Below, in pieces: positions 27,401 to 34,449 of a stretch of DNA of 64,000 bases (within the stretch, counting starts at the first letter, position 1; each line of letters starts with the position of its first letter). This stretch comes from a virus: positions 1-64,000 of the IMG/VR virus record IMGVR_UViG_3300044730_000313; one strand, 5' to 3'. Below the pieces are notes generated by a model. The model made no database searches, was not told the DNA's origin, and saw nothing but the letters and a program-made list of their open reading frames with translations. Made by a program: the position numbers and the translations under genes.

Positions 27401-27750
27401 CCACAAATAACAGGAGAATTACAGTTCCCTAGGAAATTACTAATTTGACTGTTATTAGAAACAAGTTTCTGCACAAAGGGAATTCCTTCATTAGAAGTTC
27501 CTGAGGACTCAGTCATAATCACTCTAGGAGCCATTGTAAATGTAGAAGGGGTTTCTGAACCCTTGGCAGACATTAGCTTCTTTAAAAACGGTACCTTTTC
27601 TGTACTAGGTTCTTCTGAAGACTTAGGGGCAGGTGCTGTCACCCTAGGTGCACTCTTAGGATTATGAATGAATATAGCAGGCGTAGATTGCCCTGAAGTT
27701 CCAGAGGAACCAGAGCTTCCATAACCTAGTATAGAAGGTAGTACGTTCAT
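18490..27750 (-). CDS. giant tail fibre/spike: Cys-motif anchor, (GTS)n tracts, YadA-head-like beta-solenoid repeats, C-terminal peptidase S74 chaperone
   Basis: 3086 aa; well over 100 repeats of about 14-15 aa of type N.ASG..S.VGGG; C-terminal TSDERLKN...IGYSAQ...LPNAV...VDY plus coiled coil. Confidence 0.85.
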   Translation of the reverse strand: MNVLPSILGYGSSGSSGTSGQSTPAIFIHNPKSAPRVTAPAPKSSEEPSTEKVPFLKKLMSAKGSETPSTFTMAPRVIMTESSGTSNEGIPFVQKLVSNNSQISNFLGNCNSPVICGANPCPIILNATCVFYEGPNLVYTKINTNDNLQIALEKIEAALAGDLSGSSGTSGTSGTSGTSGTTGTSGTTGTSGTTGTSGTSGTSGTSGTTGTSGTTGTSGTSGTDGSGGTSGTSGTSGTSGTSGTTGTSGTSGTTGTSGTTGTSGSSGSSGTAGTSGTSGTTGTSGTSATDGTGGTSGTSGTSGTTGTSGTSGTSATSGTTGTSGTSATSGTSGTTGTSGTSGSTGTSGTSGTSGTSATDGTGGTSGTSGTSATSGTSGTSATDGTGGTSGTSGTSATSGTSGTTGTSGSSGTSGTSGSSGTDGSGGTSGTSGTSGSSGTSATSGTSGTTGTSGTSATSGTSGTSGTSGTDGTGGTSGTSGTSATSGTSGSSGTDGSGGTSGTSGTSATSGSSGSSGSSGTSGTSGSSGTDGSGGTSGTSGTSGTSGSSGSSGSSGSSGTSGSSGTTGTSGTSGTSGSSGQNGVSGGLVYYLNQSLNTSSAIGTPTYKQWSGTPTGGAEQTVVTSVAGSTRTLIATFATDSNVPGVISLPSGLWAWVTHFSINANVSMKVDVELYKCDSTGGSVVSLGTTNLDTEVMTTNTIKEFFTDLFLPQTAMLTTDRLYCQIYAEHTGGGSQNITFYTEGTSNYSYAQTTFTPPSGTSGTSGSSGSSGSSSTSGTSGTTGTSGSSGTSGVSGSSGTSGTAGTSGTTGTSGTTGTSGTSGTSATSGSSGTSGSSGSSGTSGTSGTDGSGGTSGSSGSSGSSGSSGTSGTAGSPGTSGTSGSSGTAGSSGTTGTSGTSGTTGTSGTSGTSGSSGTSGINGTNGTSGTSGSSGTSGSSGTAGSSGTSGTAGSSGTNGSPGTSGTSGSSGTSGSSGTSGTSGVNGTSGTSGTTGTSGTTGTSGTAGSSGTSGTSGSSGTSGTSGTSGTSGINVGSSAVIILGGGTCSSVRCGVGNASAGSYSAALGGQSNSASGYRSTAVGGFTNLAGGQGSFAGGGQYLSACGNFSAIVGGSLQSASGYISFIGGGYGNTASGSISVLGGGNVNTASGGQSFIGAGQTNTASGYRSVIGGGVVNVASGPHDVVVGGCYNRATSSAESFIGGGCFNYISTGVWQTLVGGICNCITSGGYNFIGGGYRNCLITSASESAIVVGGNNSVSNSYSAILAGSNNVVSGKCASLAGGRTNTASGAFSFVGAGCNNLASGTTAGVLSGRGNLSSGSWSSISGGYNNTAGGNESHVGGGNANSASGCMAFIGAGFANGASGLRSGVGSGQCNTASGNCSFIGGGQANTASAGYAFVGGGIVNTASGAFATVAGGNAGGASGTASTVAGGISNTASGNCSFVGGGQGNTASGGHSTIGGGCCNIASCFVSTVSGGRANSSSGGYSFVGGGLLNCATANGGSTVSGGYLNLVDGTGAAMVGGCANRVNAINGFIGGGNCNRAINSTSGCLAFGAVVVGGVGNNTTGGSWSLASCAFTVAPTVCNAGQYSFIGGGFQNRATGNFSSVGGGQSNTASGTRGTIAGGESNLATNNFSVVAGGQNNTASGVYSVAGGGYFNTVSGTYAFLGAGSINGVAGNCAALVGGKANAASGNISFVGGGCTNTASGANSSVVGGCNNTASGNTSTVLGGRGNSTSTACNSISGGYGNIIVASTGRSSIVGGSANCIAGSGLAFIGGGYNNTVSCNYYGTIVGGVSNTTSAWANFIGAGQGNSVSGGCAAVVGGFGNVASGGASAVGGGRTNTASSTYSTVAGGLTNTASGYITTVSGGCSNTASGSRATVTGGQANTASGNYATVGGRSNTGSASFTTVFGVNSTASGYISTISGGNANQTTCCYATVGGGLLNCATHGYSTVSGGYNSRAVGCFSFVGGGYNNCASGFRAAVVGGSGNTASSSGWSFVGGGSSNTASGGYFPTVAGGASNTASGGRSIVGGGDSNTSSGYRAAVLGGQSNTASGNCSIVVGGYSNLSSSGYAAIVGGVGICSTASGTFVGGGYYNAATCGYSAVAGGQQNTASGRYSFVGAGLCNNASGDMSVVGGGSWNKICSPTATCCVTGATIAGGIGNNTTGGTWNAYGVPTVNPTVCTAGIYSTIGGGFQNRAAGDRSTVTGGNSNVASGLFSTVAGGNSNVASGVTSAIGGGGDNVASGGYYATIGGGYNSTASGTNSTISGGYQNTASGATSVVSGGRANIASGACSFVGGGCLNTASGSYVSTVVGGTGNQASNGYSFVGGGYYNCAPGYVGAVVGGDNNKALGAYSFVGGGRNHTSSGYGSTVGGGVANTASGTSSTVAGGESNTVSNNFAVIAGGQTNTATGGYEFIGSGSNNYSTAGVRNVIGGGQQNRICGTSSGCNVIGGGFQNCITTGFVNSIGGGYNNRIVGGSYHVIAGGYSNQISSATEGGILTGGANTVSGNYSVVVGGQSNTASSICAAVVGGRSNTASGGWSFVGGGQSNTASSSRASVVGGINNTSSGGCSFIGGGESNLSSGSRSFVGGGTGNTASGNYATVVGGGASNVSSGVYTFIGGGDSNTSNSGRSVVAGGYNSTASGAYAFIGGGYQNIASGGYGTISGGYRNEATGNNGSTVGGGILNCSTAARSTVGGGQQNVASGACSTVSGGKFNKSLGSDSFVGGGSANCASADQTTVAGGINNCATVRRATVGGGTTNTASNYYATVAGGYVNSAIGYASSISGGYRNVVQGNNATIGGGICNILCSTVCSLCTAGATVAGGVGNNTVGGTWNAAGGTYSVAATCFVAAGCLSFIGGGCQNRATGACSTIGGGILNLGSGIQSVIGGGAANTASGLGSTISGGALNTTSSYCSTVGGGSYNTASAIASGVFSGCANTASGGCSSVLGGCGNTISGTAGGGGGCNISGSCGCTFYWNNFCATSCMWAVAYFETSDERLKNVHCRVSSSDCVSPIYYNWKEGDPSVINIGYSAQNIKEVLPNAVKTDERGYYNVDYHQVHIYKMTKLEERIAQLEDIIKKLTP
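24660..25480 (-). repeat. coding (Gly-Thr/Ser-Ser)n tandem repeat, tract 2
   Basis: Degenerate 9-nt period, about 270 aa of GTS/GSS/GTT. Confidence 0.9.
26010..27262 (-). repeat. coding (Gly-Thr/Ser-Ser)n tandem repeat, tract 1
   Basis: Degenerate 9-nt period, about 415 aa, with recurring TDGTGG/TDGSGG punctuation. Confidence 0.9.
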
Positions 27751-27758
27751 GTCTTAAA

Positions 27759-28154
27759 TTAATGTACGATTTTCAGAACATCTCCTGTGCGGTAAACCTG
27801 ACCAGCAAGCAAACCACCAGCAATAGCAGCAGCATTATCAGTGTATTGGGGGGCTCCTGTATAAGGAACAGAAAGCACAATCCTCCAATCCAGAGCACCT
27901 GTGCCTGTTGTTTGGGCATAATAAAGGGTTCTGGGTGCAGTGGTTCTTACAAAAAGCTGTCCTAAATAGATGGCAGCAGCTGTGGGAGCCCCACTTCCTG
28001 TTACAGGAACGAGGTTGTCATTCACCTTACCTAACGCAACCTCCAGAGAATCAAGGGGATTGACGTCAATATTGGTAAGATAGGGGCCATTATAGAGCAC
28101 GCACAAAGCGTTCTCAAATGTGGCACAGGTTGGGCAAATTGCAGCGGTTCTCAT
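27759..28154 (-). CDS. small virion protein sharing the fibre N-terminal anchor motif
   Basis: NALCVLYNGPYL...DSLEVALGKV matches NATCVFYEGPNL...DNLQIALEKI in the 3086-aa fibre. Confidence 0.7.
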   Translation of the reverse strand: MRTAAICPTCATFENALCVLYNGPYLTNIDVNPLDSLEVALGKVNDNLVPVTGSGAPTAAAIYLGQLFVRTTAPRTLYYAQTTGTGALDWRIVLSVPYTGAPQYTDNAAAIAGGLLAGQVYRTGDVLKIVH

Positions 28155-28160
28155 AGCGAG

Positions 28161-28190
28161 CGAAATTAGTTATTAGTTATTAATATTCAA
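28161..28190 (-). promoter_or_regulatory. variant Bacteroidota-type promoter
   Basis: TTG, 19-nt spacer, TAATTTCG (28168-28161). Confidence 0.45.
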
Positions 28191-28230
28191 TGAGTTAAAA
28201 TAAAAATACAGCATAATATAGCAATCACAT

Positions 28231-31200
28231 CTATCTTATTCCTGACTGGGAAGGCATTCTAATACCAAGGTCCTTAGCTAGGTCAGGAGATCCAAGAGGA
28301 AGAAGCTGTGCTCCCTGGCTGGTGATAGGAAAAGACTTCATCAAATACTTGATTACGTAGTTCTCTTCTACTAGTTCCTCATCTCCTATACTCATTCCAT
28401 ACATCTCCTTTGAGAAGTTGAACAGGGTTTTCTTGTAGTTGTCTAATAGGCTTATAGATGGGAATACACCCTGACCTACCAGGTCAAGTATGTTAGTGGG
28501 ATTATAGAAGTAGGCAATCTCATCAGAAAGTTTGTCAGTTATTCTGAGCATATACTTCCATCTGTTTCTTACGAGTGGATCTTCGTCTTCATCAGGCATG
28601 TTTGCCTTAAGTCCAAAGTAGATGGACAGTAGTCCTATGAATATAAGTACGTCTAAAAGCTGGTTCTTTACATTCATCCTCACTAAGTCAACAAATTGAT
28701 CCTCAGTCATTTCCAGCTCTTTGCCAGTGTCCTGCTCATAATCTCTCTTCTTTGCTTCATAAAGCTTACGTATCTGTTGAACAAACTTATCATCGTTTCC
28801 AAGAAGAGCGCTTTTTAAGCTGTCTACAGCACCAAGAAAATCTGTAGTTATGAATCTAAACAGCATTCTCATTCTACCCCATTCATAAGCATCTGAGGCA
28901 GAGTTGTATTTAAGGTTACCAAAACGCACATCCACCAGACGGGGAATCCAGTTCTTAAACACCATCACTGAGTTACCGTATATGTTTAAGTTGATGAGAC
29001 GTTTATTAGCTTCAGACATATTACCTAAAGCATCAGCTGTAACCTGTTGCACTTTTCTTCTAAACTCTACAACGCTCTCAGACTTTTGGTCTACACCAGG
29101 AATTACAAATTGCTCTCCTTCAATTTTACCAAGCTTCATTACCCCCTTCTCTTTAACAAGCTTTTTTACATCCTGCTCAAACTTATCAGCTCTAGCTTTT
29201 CTCTCCTCTCTGGTTCCCTCGTACATCTTGTTAAGGTATTCAGGCTGTTGTCTGAGGTATTCTCTAACGTTAACTATCTGATTATCAACCACTATGCTAT
29301 TATTAAGGAAGGCATAGAAGTTAACAGCTTGTACAGCACGATCAGATTGTCTCATTAATATCATAAGCCAGTCCTGTATACTCTCCTGACTTATTCTACT
29401 CATAGACAAACTCTTGGCCAAATCTCTGTTGTAGTTTTCTATGAAAGGCATAAAGAAATTCTTAGCTGCTATAAACTTCTTAGCATCCTCTCCCCCTAGC
29501 TTATTCCATAGTAAGCTAGCTTCAGCTTTTACAAAGTCTGTTTTGGTAAAATACCTACCTGAATTAATCAAAGACTGGGTGGTACCACCAAATAAGTTGG
29601 ACATGGAGGATGTAAAGTTGAAGCCCAACGCTTGTAGTTGGAAGTTGGTATTCAAGGTGTCAATAGCCTTGTTCATACTAAACTGTCTTCCAATAAGTCC
29701 TTCTCCAGGTATAAGCTTGAAACCTAATGTTTTATTTATCTTTTCTACCACCGTACCAACGTTACCAAGAACAGCATCAAATGTATCACTTTGAATATAC
29801 TTCTGTTGATAGATGATTGCCTTGGTCATGCTTTCTATGATTTGAGCATTCTCATTGTTGTTGGGGTTATATTGGATTTCTCCATTCTTGTATTCTGTCT
29901 TTCCCCAGTAGGTAGTAGCAATAGATCTCTTGTTTTTTTCAAGTCTGTTTAACGCAGCCACCTGATCTTCAATCTGAGATAGGTATTTATATCTAAGAGC
30001 AAACTCATTGTACAAAGCCATTGTACGGAACAAGTCTGTACTAATATCATCTTCTAGCTCCTTAGTAAAGTAAATGGGCACCTTGTCTATCAGTTCACCA
30101 CTAATAGGGTCACGCTGTCCATATCCCACATCACCCTCATCAATGGATATATCTCTAAGGAACTGTTGTCCTATACTTATTTTACCCCCCAAGACCAGTT
30201 GTTCTGTGAGTCCTTTTCTCACCCAGGGTAGAAACACCCTAGACTGTTTTGCATTAATGTACCCAAGGTCTCTGTACAATTCGTTTCTCTCACGGATGTA
30301 GTTGTAGAAATCAATAGCTGGCTGGTTGATAAACTTACCAGAAGCATCCTTTTTTGTAAGCTCTTTCCATTCTTTGGATTCCCAGTTTTCTCTTTTTGGG
30401 AACAGCTTTACATCATCGTACAACAACCATCCTACAGACTGCTCTGTGCTAACGTTATAAAGTTCTTTTGCTTTCTTCAGTTCATTTTTAATCTGATTAG
30501 CAATCTCTTCCTCCGTACCAATACGAGGCTTATCAAATATGCGTGTCTCTTCCTCACTTAGTTTATTGCGTAAGTGTTCAGCGTAAGCAGCCTTATCTAC
30601 ATTATCTCTAATCCAAGCATAGTTCTTTTCATCTACAGCTCGTCTAAGTTTAGAATAAAACTGAGGATCAAACTCATCAATTAGTTCGTTCTTATCCTTG
30701 ATAGCACGTTGATAACGTTCCTCAATCTTAGCCACCTCCTGTTTGTATGACTCTTCACTAAGCTCAGGTTTCATTTTGTTGAGCTCATCCATCTCAATCT
30801 TCTTACGAGCATCAGCTTCCTTCTGATATGAATCAGCTTTCTTTCTAATGATGTCAAAGTAGTTCTTGGAGGTGAGTCCTTTTCCTTTAGCCCAAGCATC
30901 ATATCTTCTTTTTATCTCAAAAAGCTTTCTGCTTTCTGCAGCTGTGTCCTGACCTGCATAAGTAAATGCACGGTCAGCTTTTCTAAATAGAACACTAGCA
31001 GATTTAAGCTGTAGGGTGGCTGTAGTACCAAACCATTTACTTAGTAATGTTACAGGCTTTTCTCCTTCTTTAATTCCCTTCACCTTTTCAGACACTGCAA
31101 TAAAGTCATTGGTAAAGTTTTTATCAAGACGCAACAATTGAGCTCTTAATTTAGCAGCCTCAGCACTAACCTTAGAAATTTCGTCTCTAGTGTTTTCAGC

Positions 31201-34200
31201 ATCCTTACTAAGCTCACCTGTAAACAAGAAGTCAAGATCTGTGGATAAATCAGCATACGTGTCTAATGCTTCTAGTCCATCTCCTATTTCTTTTGTAAAT
31301 TCACTACGATCGTCTTCTGTAAAACTCATTGGGTCTTTACCCTTGAACTTCTCATCAAACTTAGTGAATAGATCTTTAATCTGTTTATTGATTACACGAG
31401 CCTGATACACAAGAGACTTAGCATCTCTTCTCATTTGCAAGTGACGTATAGCCTTAAACAGAGAGTTAAGCTGTTCAGCCTTGGTGAGTTTCTCACCAGG
31501 GGTCACCTGTTTTTCAGATATCTTTTTGTATATCTTATTAAGCTTTACTAACAGTTCGTCTAGTTCTTCTTGTCCTGTGGCTTCTTCCTCTAGACCAACA
31601 GGCAATAGGTAGTCTTCCTGAATATTCTTTATATCCACATCTCCAATTCTAATACTAGAAAGACGTGGTAAGATTTCCTTTTTATAGTCAGCCTCTGTAT
31701 ATATAGCCTGAATAGGAATCATCCTAGTTTGGTCAAACTGCTCTTCTTTAATATTATATGCTGACTTTAGGATTAACTTGTACTGGTTCATTTGCGTACG
31801 CCACGCGTTCACCTTATACCAAGGAACATCCTCATACTTGTTTGTATTGAGGTTGATAAACTTCCAGTCAAGTATGTTCACTTTGCCATCTTCTGTAATA
31901 GCCATAAAGTCCACTGTACCAGCAATACCACCTCCCTGTCTTTTAGCATCATATATAACAGTTTCAGCAAGGAACATTGTGTTGGGACCAAACGAATCTA
32001 GACGCTTCTTTAGATTGTCTCTAAGGATGGTGTAATACTTACGATCTTTATCATTTAACTGAGATACATAAGCACTGTCATCCAAAGGCACACGTCTCAT
32101 TAACCCTGTCTTAGGATCAACATACACCTTGAATGCTTCTTCTAAATCAATGTGTCCAGCTGTACCCTTGTCAGCTTTCATAGAATCAATAGCCTTCTGG
32201 AACTCTGAGTCTGTCAGCTTCTTCTCTGTAAACCTGCGCTGATACCAATCATTCACTAGGTCTGTTACACGTTTTGGAACCTTCTTACCATTTACATAAT
32301 ATCCGTCTCCACGTTTTTCAACAGCCATGGAGCCCCTCTTAATGGTGTCAAATATCTGCTGCTGTTTAGATTGCTGCAAGAACACCTCGTTCTCATTAGC
32401 ACGAATGTCATCAGCTGTACCAATATCTTTACCAGAGATGATGTCCATAGCTGCCTGGTCAAACCCACTTCTTGAGAACAGCCCTTTGAGCCATTCCAAT
32501 ATCTGGGCCCACCAGCTTTGCACCTTAGCTAGCTTCTCAGCGCTTTCTTTATTATTTTCATTCTGGTAGATGATAGTTTCAGAAAGCACCTTACCAATAG
32601 CCTCGTCCTTGATTTTCAATACGTTAGGCTTACCATCTTTGGTTTGATAGAGAGGATTGTTGCTATACTCAGCAAATGTATCCTTCAATATCTGATAGCT
32701 ATTAATCTCGCTAAGTAGTTTTTGGTAGAGCTTGGGATTGGTTTGCTTGATGATTTCTACAACAAAGTGCATAGCCTCCTCAGGAAGAGCTCTAGCCTCC
32801 ATACCGTTCACCACCTGGATGAGCTTCTGTGTTACAATGGCTGCAGCGTTAGCATCCATCTGAACACCATTAACAATGATGCTGTCAACATTCTGTGTGC
32901 TAACACCAATGCGCTTAAGGAAGTCCTTAATCATTGCAATGGTTCTAGGGGATGCTGTTGATAGTTCTGTTCCTTTCTTCTGCAAAAGAATAGGCTGTTG
33001 TTCTCTTTCAGGAACTATATCTATCTCGTTCCACTTATTCCCATATTCATCTGTAATCTCTTTTACATTCTGGGCACCATAAATCTTTTTAAGAGTGTTG
33101 GTTACAGTGTTCTCATAGAAGTTGAAGATGGGTTTAAGAGCTCCAAATCCTTCTCTCTCAACTCTTTCAAGTTCTTGTTTTAAAACAGCTATTTCTTTTT
33201 TAGGAAGTTCTTTATTTATTGCAACATTAGCACTTTCTAGAGTTCTATAAGAACCACGCATTTGTTCTTTTGTATCTTTAGTTTGAAGTCTATAATACTT
33301 TCCAGTAGAGTCTTCAACTTCAACCGCTTCAAGATTATCGTTTATTTTGATTTGATCCTCAAGTTCTTTGATCCTCTCTTCTTTCTGTCTTTTAAATTCT
33401 TCTAATGTTGAATGTCCTTCCACCTTACTAGCTGTATTTCCTTTAGGAAATAGTACCTTCTCATATCCTTTTTTAGCTGAGTCTTGAACAATAGATCTGA
33501 TGAAGAAGCTTACCCAATTGTTTCCTTTGTTTAAGAGTTGGAGGAATTGGTTTTCTTTATTTCCTTGTTGTAATCCTTCTACAACACGTCCTTGAGAATG
33601 GTCAAATTGTCTTTTTCCTGCTAATACATCTTTATCTCTACCCTTCTGAAACAAATCAGATTGTACTTCTAGTATTCTACGAGTTTTAGGTGTGGCATAT
33701 TTAGCTTTTCTATATTCTTCTTCTGATATGATTTCTCCATTCTTTTTATGTATAAATCCTTTGCTTAGAGAATACTCTTGTGTATATTTATTACCTGCAT
33801 ATTCAAAATCTTTTTCTTTATTTTGAACACTCATAGCTTGTTTAATAAAAGAAGCATCATCACTTCTAAACCATCCTATACCCTGATCTGTAGCAAACTG
33901 AGCATGTCCTCTGATAGCAGGTGTGATGGCTGGTGTAGCTATCTCATTCTCTGTATAGTTAGTACCACCTGGTACTGTTAGATTGGAATAGTATCGACTA
34001 GGTATGTATATTCTTTCTAAATTAGGAAATGCTCCAGGAGTAACTCTTGCTCCTCCTATGTCAGGTATCATTTCTTCCTCAGAAATATTAATCTCAATAG
34101 CAAAGCTATAATCAGCTAACATATTGGTAACCAATTCCTCACGATCTGTGGTGTTGTATTGCTTGAGAATATCAATCTGCTCTTTAGGTATCTGCAGATC

Positions 34201-34449
34201 AGCTTGCACCTTATTCCAGAAAGCATCCCCTGTCACCTTGTTTCTCTCAAGAGTGGAGAAAAGCTGAACAGCTTTTGGAGACTGAAGAATGTTTGTAGCC
34301 TTTATTCCAGATTTTACAACAGACTGTCTGCTCTCACTATCAGGAACATTTCCATCAAATTTATCCCATAGATAGTAAGCAACATCCTCGCCTCTAGCAG
34401 CTACAAGATTTTTCCAGGAGTCAAGATTGATATTTGGACAAGTTGCCAT
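28231..34449 (-). CDS. large polyvalent cargo/ejection protein with a PD-(D/E)XK nuclease-like domain
   Basis: 2072 aa; RILEVQSD domain, degenerate zincin ALPEEAMH, GTVDFMAI..DGKVNILDWK; follows the vRNAP gene. Confidence 0.7.
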   Translation of the reverse strand: MATCPNINLDSWKNLVAARGEDVAYYLWDKFDGNVPDSESRQSVVKSGIKATNILQSPKAVQLFSTLERNKVTGDAFWNKVQADLQIPKEQIDILKQYNTTDREELVTNMLADYSFAIEINISEEEMIPDIGGARVTPGAFPNLERIYIPSRYYSNLTVPGGTNYTENEIATPAITPAIRGHAQFATDQGIGWFRSDDASFIKQAMSVQNKEKDFEYAGNKYTQEYSLSKGFIHKKNGEIISEEEYRKAKYATPKTRRILEVQSDLFQKGRDKDVLAGKRQFDHSQGRVVEGLQQGNKENQFLQLLNKGNNWVSFFIRSIVQDSAKKGYEKVLFPKGNTASKVEGHSTLEEFKRQKEERIKELEDQIKINDNLEAVEVEDSTGKYYRLQTKDTKEQMRGSYRTLESANVAINKELPKKEIAVLKQELERVEREGFGALKPIFNFYENTVTNTLKKIYGAQNVKEITDEYGNKWNEIDIVPEREQQPILLQKKGTELSTASPRTIAMIKDFLKRIGVSTQNVDSIIVNGVQMDANAAAIVTQKLIQVVNGMEARALPEEAMHFVVEIIKQTNPKLYQKLLSEINSYQILKDTFAEYSNNPLYQTKDGKPNVLKIKDEAIGKVLSETIIYQNENNKESAEKLAKVQSWWAQILEWLKGLFSRSGFDQAAMDIISGKDIGTADDIRANENEVFLQQSKQQQIFDTIKRGSMAVEKRGDGYYVNGKKVPKRVTDLVNDWYQRRFTEKKLTDSEFQKAIDSMKADKGTAGHIDLEEAFKVYVDPKTGLMRRVPLDDSAYVSQLNDKDRKYYTILRDNLKKRLDSFGPNTMFLAETVIYDAKRQGGGIAGTVDFMAITEDGKVNILDWKFINLNTNKYEDVPWYKVNAWRTQMNQYKLILKSAYNIKEEQFDQTRMIPIQAIYTEADYKKEILPRLSSIRIGDVDIKNIQEDYLLPVGLEEEATGQEELDELLVKLNKIYKKISEKQVTPGEKLTKAEQLNSLFKAIRHLQMRRDAKSLVYQARVINKQIKDLFTKFDEKFKGKDPMSFTEDDRSEFTKEIGDGLEALDTYADLSTDLDFLFTGELSKDAENTRDEISKVSAEAAKLRAQLLRLDKNFTNDFIAVSEKVKGIKEGEKPVTLLSKWFGTTATLQLKSASVLFRKADRAFTYAGQDTAAESRKLFEIKRRYDAWAKGKGLTSKNYFDIIRKKADSYQKEADARKKIEMDELNKMKPELSEESYKQEVAKIEERYQRAIKDKNELIDEFDPQFYSKLRRAVDEKNYAWIRDNVDKAAYAEHLRNKLSEEETRIFDKPRIGTEEEIANQIKNELKKAKELYNVSTEQSVGWLLYDDVKLFPKRENWESKEWKELTKKDASGKFINQPAIDFYNYIRERNELYRDLGYINAKQSRVFLPWVRKGLTEQLVLGGKISIGQQFLRDISIDEGDVGYGQRDPISGELIDKVPIYFTKELEDDISTDLFRTMALYNEFALRYKYLSQIEDQVAALNRLEKNKRSIATTYWGKTEYKNGEIQYNPNNNENAQIIESMTKAIIYQQKYIQSDTFDAVLGNVGTVVEKINKTLGFKLIPGEGLIGRQFSMNKAIDTLNTNFQLQALGFNFTSSMSNLFGGTTQSLINSGRYFTKTDFVKAEASLLWNKLGGEDAKKFIAAKNFFMPFIENYNRDLAKSLSMSRISQESIQDWLMILMRQSDRAVQAVNFYAFLNNSIVVDNQIVNVREYLRQQPEYLNKMYEGTREERKARADKFEQDVKKLVKEKGVMKLGKIEGEQFVIPGVDQKSESVVEFRRKVQQVTADALGNMSEANKRLINLNIYGNSVMVFKNWIPRLVDVRFGNLKYNSASDAYEWGRMRMLFRFITTDFLGAVDSLKSALLGNDDKFVQQIRKLYEAKKRDYEQDTGKELEMTEDQFVDLVRMNVKNQLLDVLIFIGLLSIYFGLKANMPDEDEDPLVRNRWKYMLRITDKLSDEIAYFYNPTNILDLVGQGVFPSISLLDNYKKTLFNFSKEMYGMSIGDEELVEENYVIKYLMKSFPITSQGAQLLPLGSPDLAKDLGIRMPSQSGIR

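Noticed and set aside
31860-31925. Cas4 / CRISPR adaptation module
   Set aside because: Only a PD-(D/E)XK motif embedded in a cargo protein; no Fe-S cysteines, array or other cas genes
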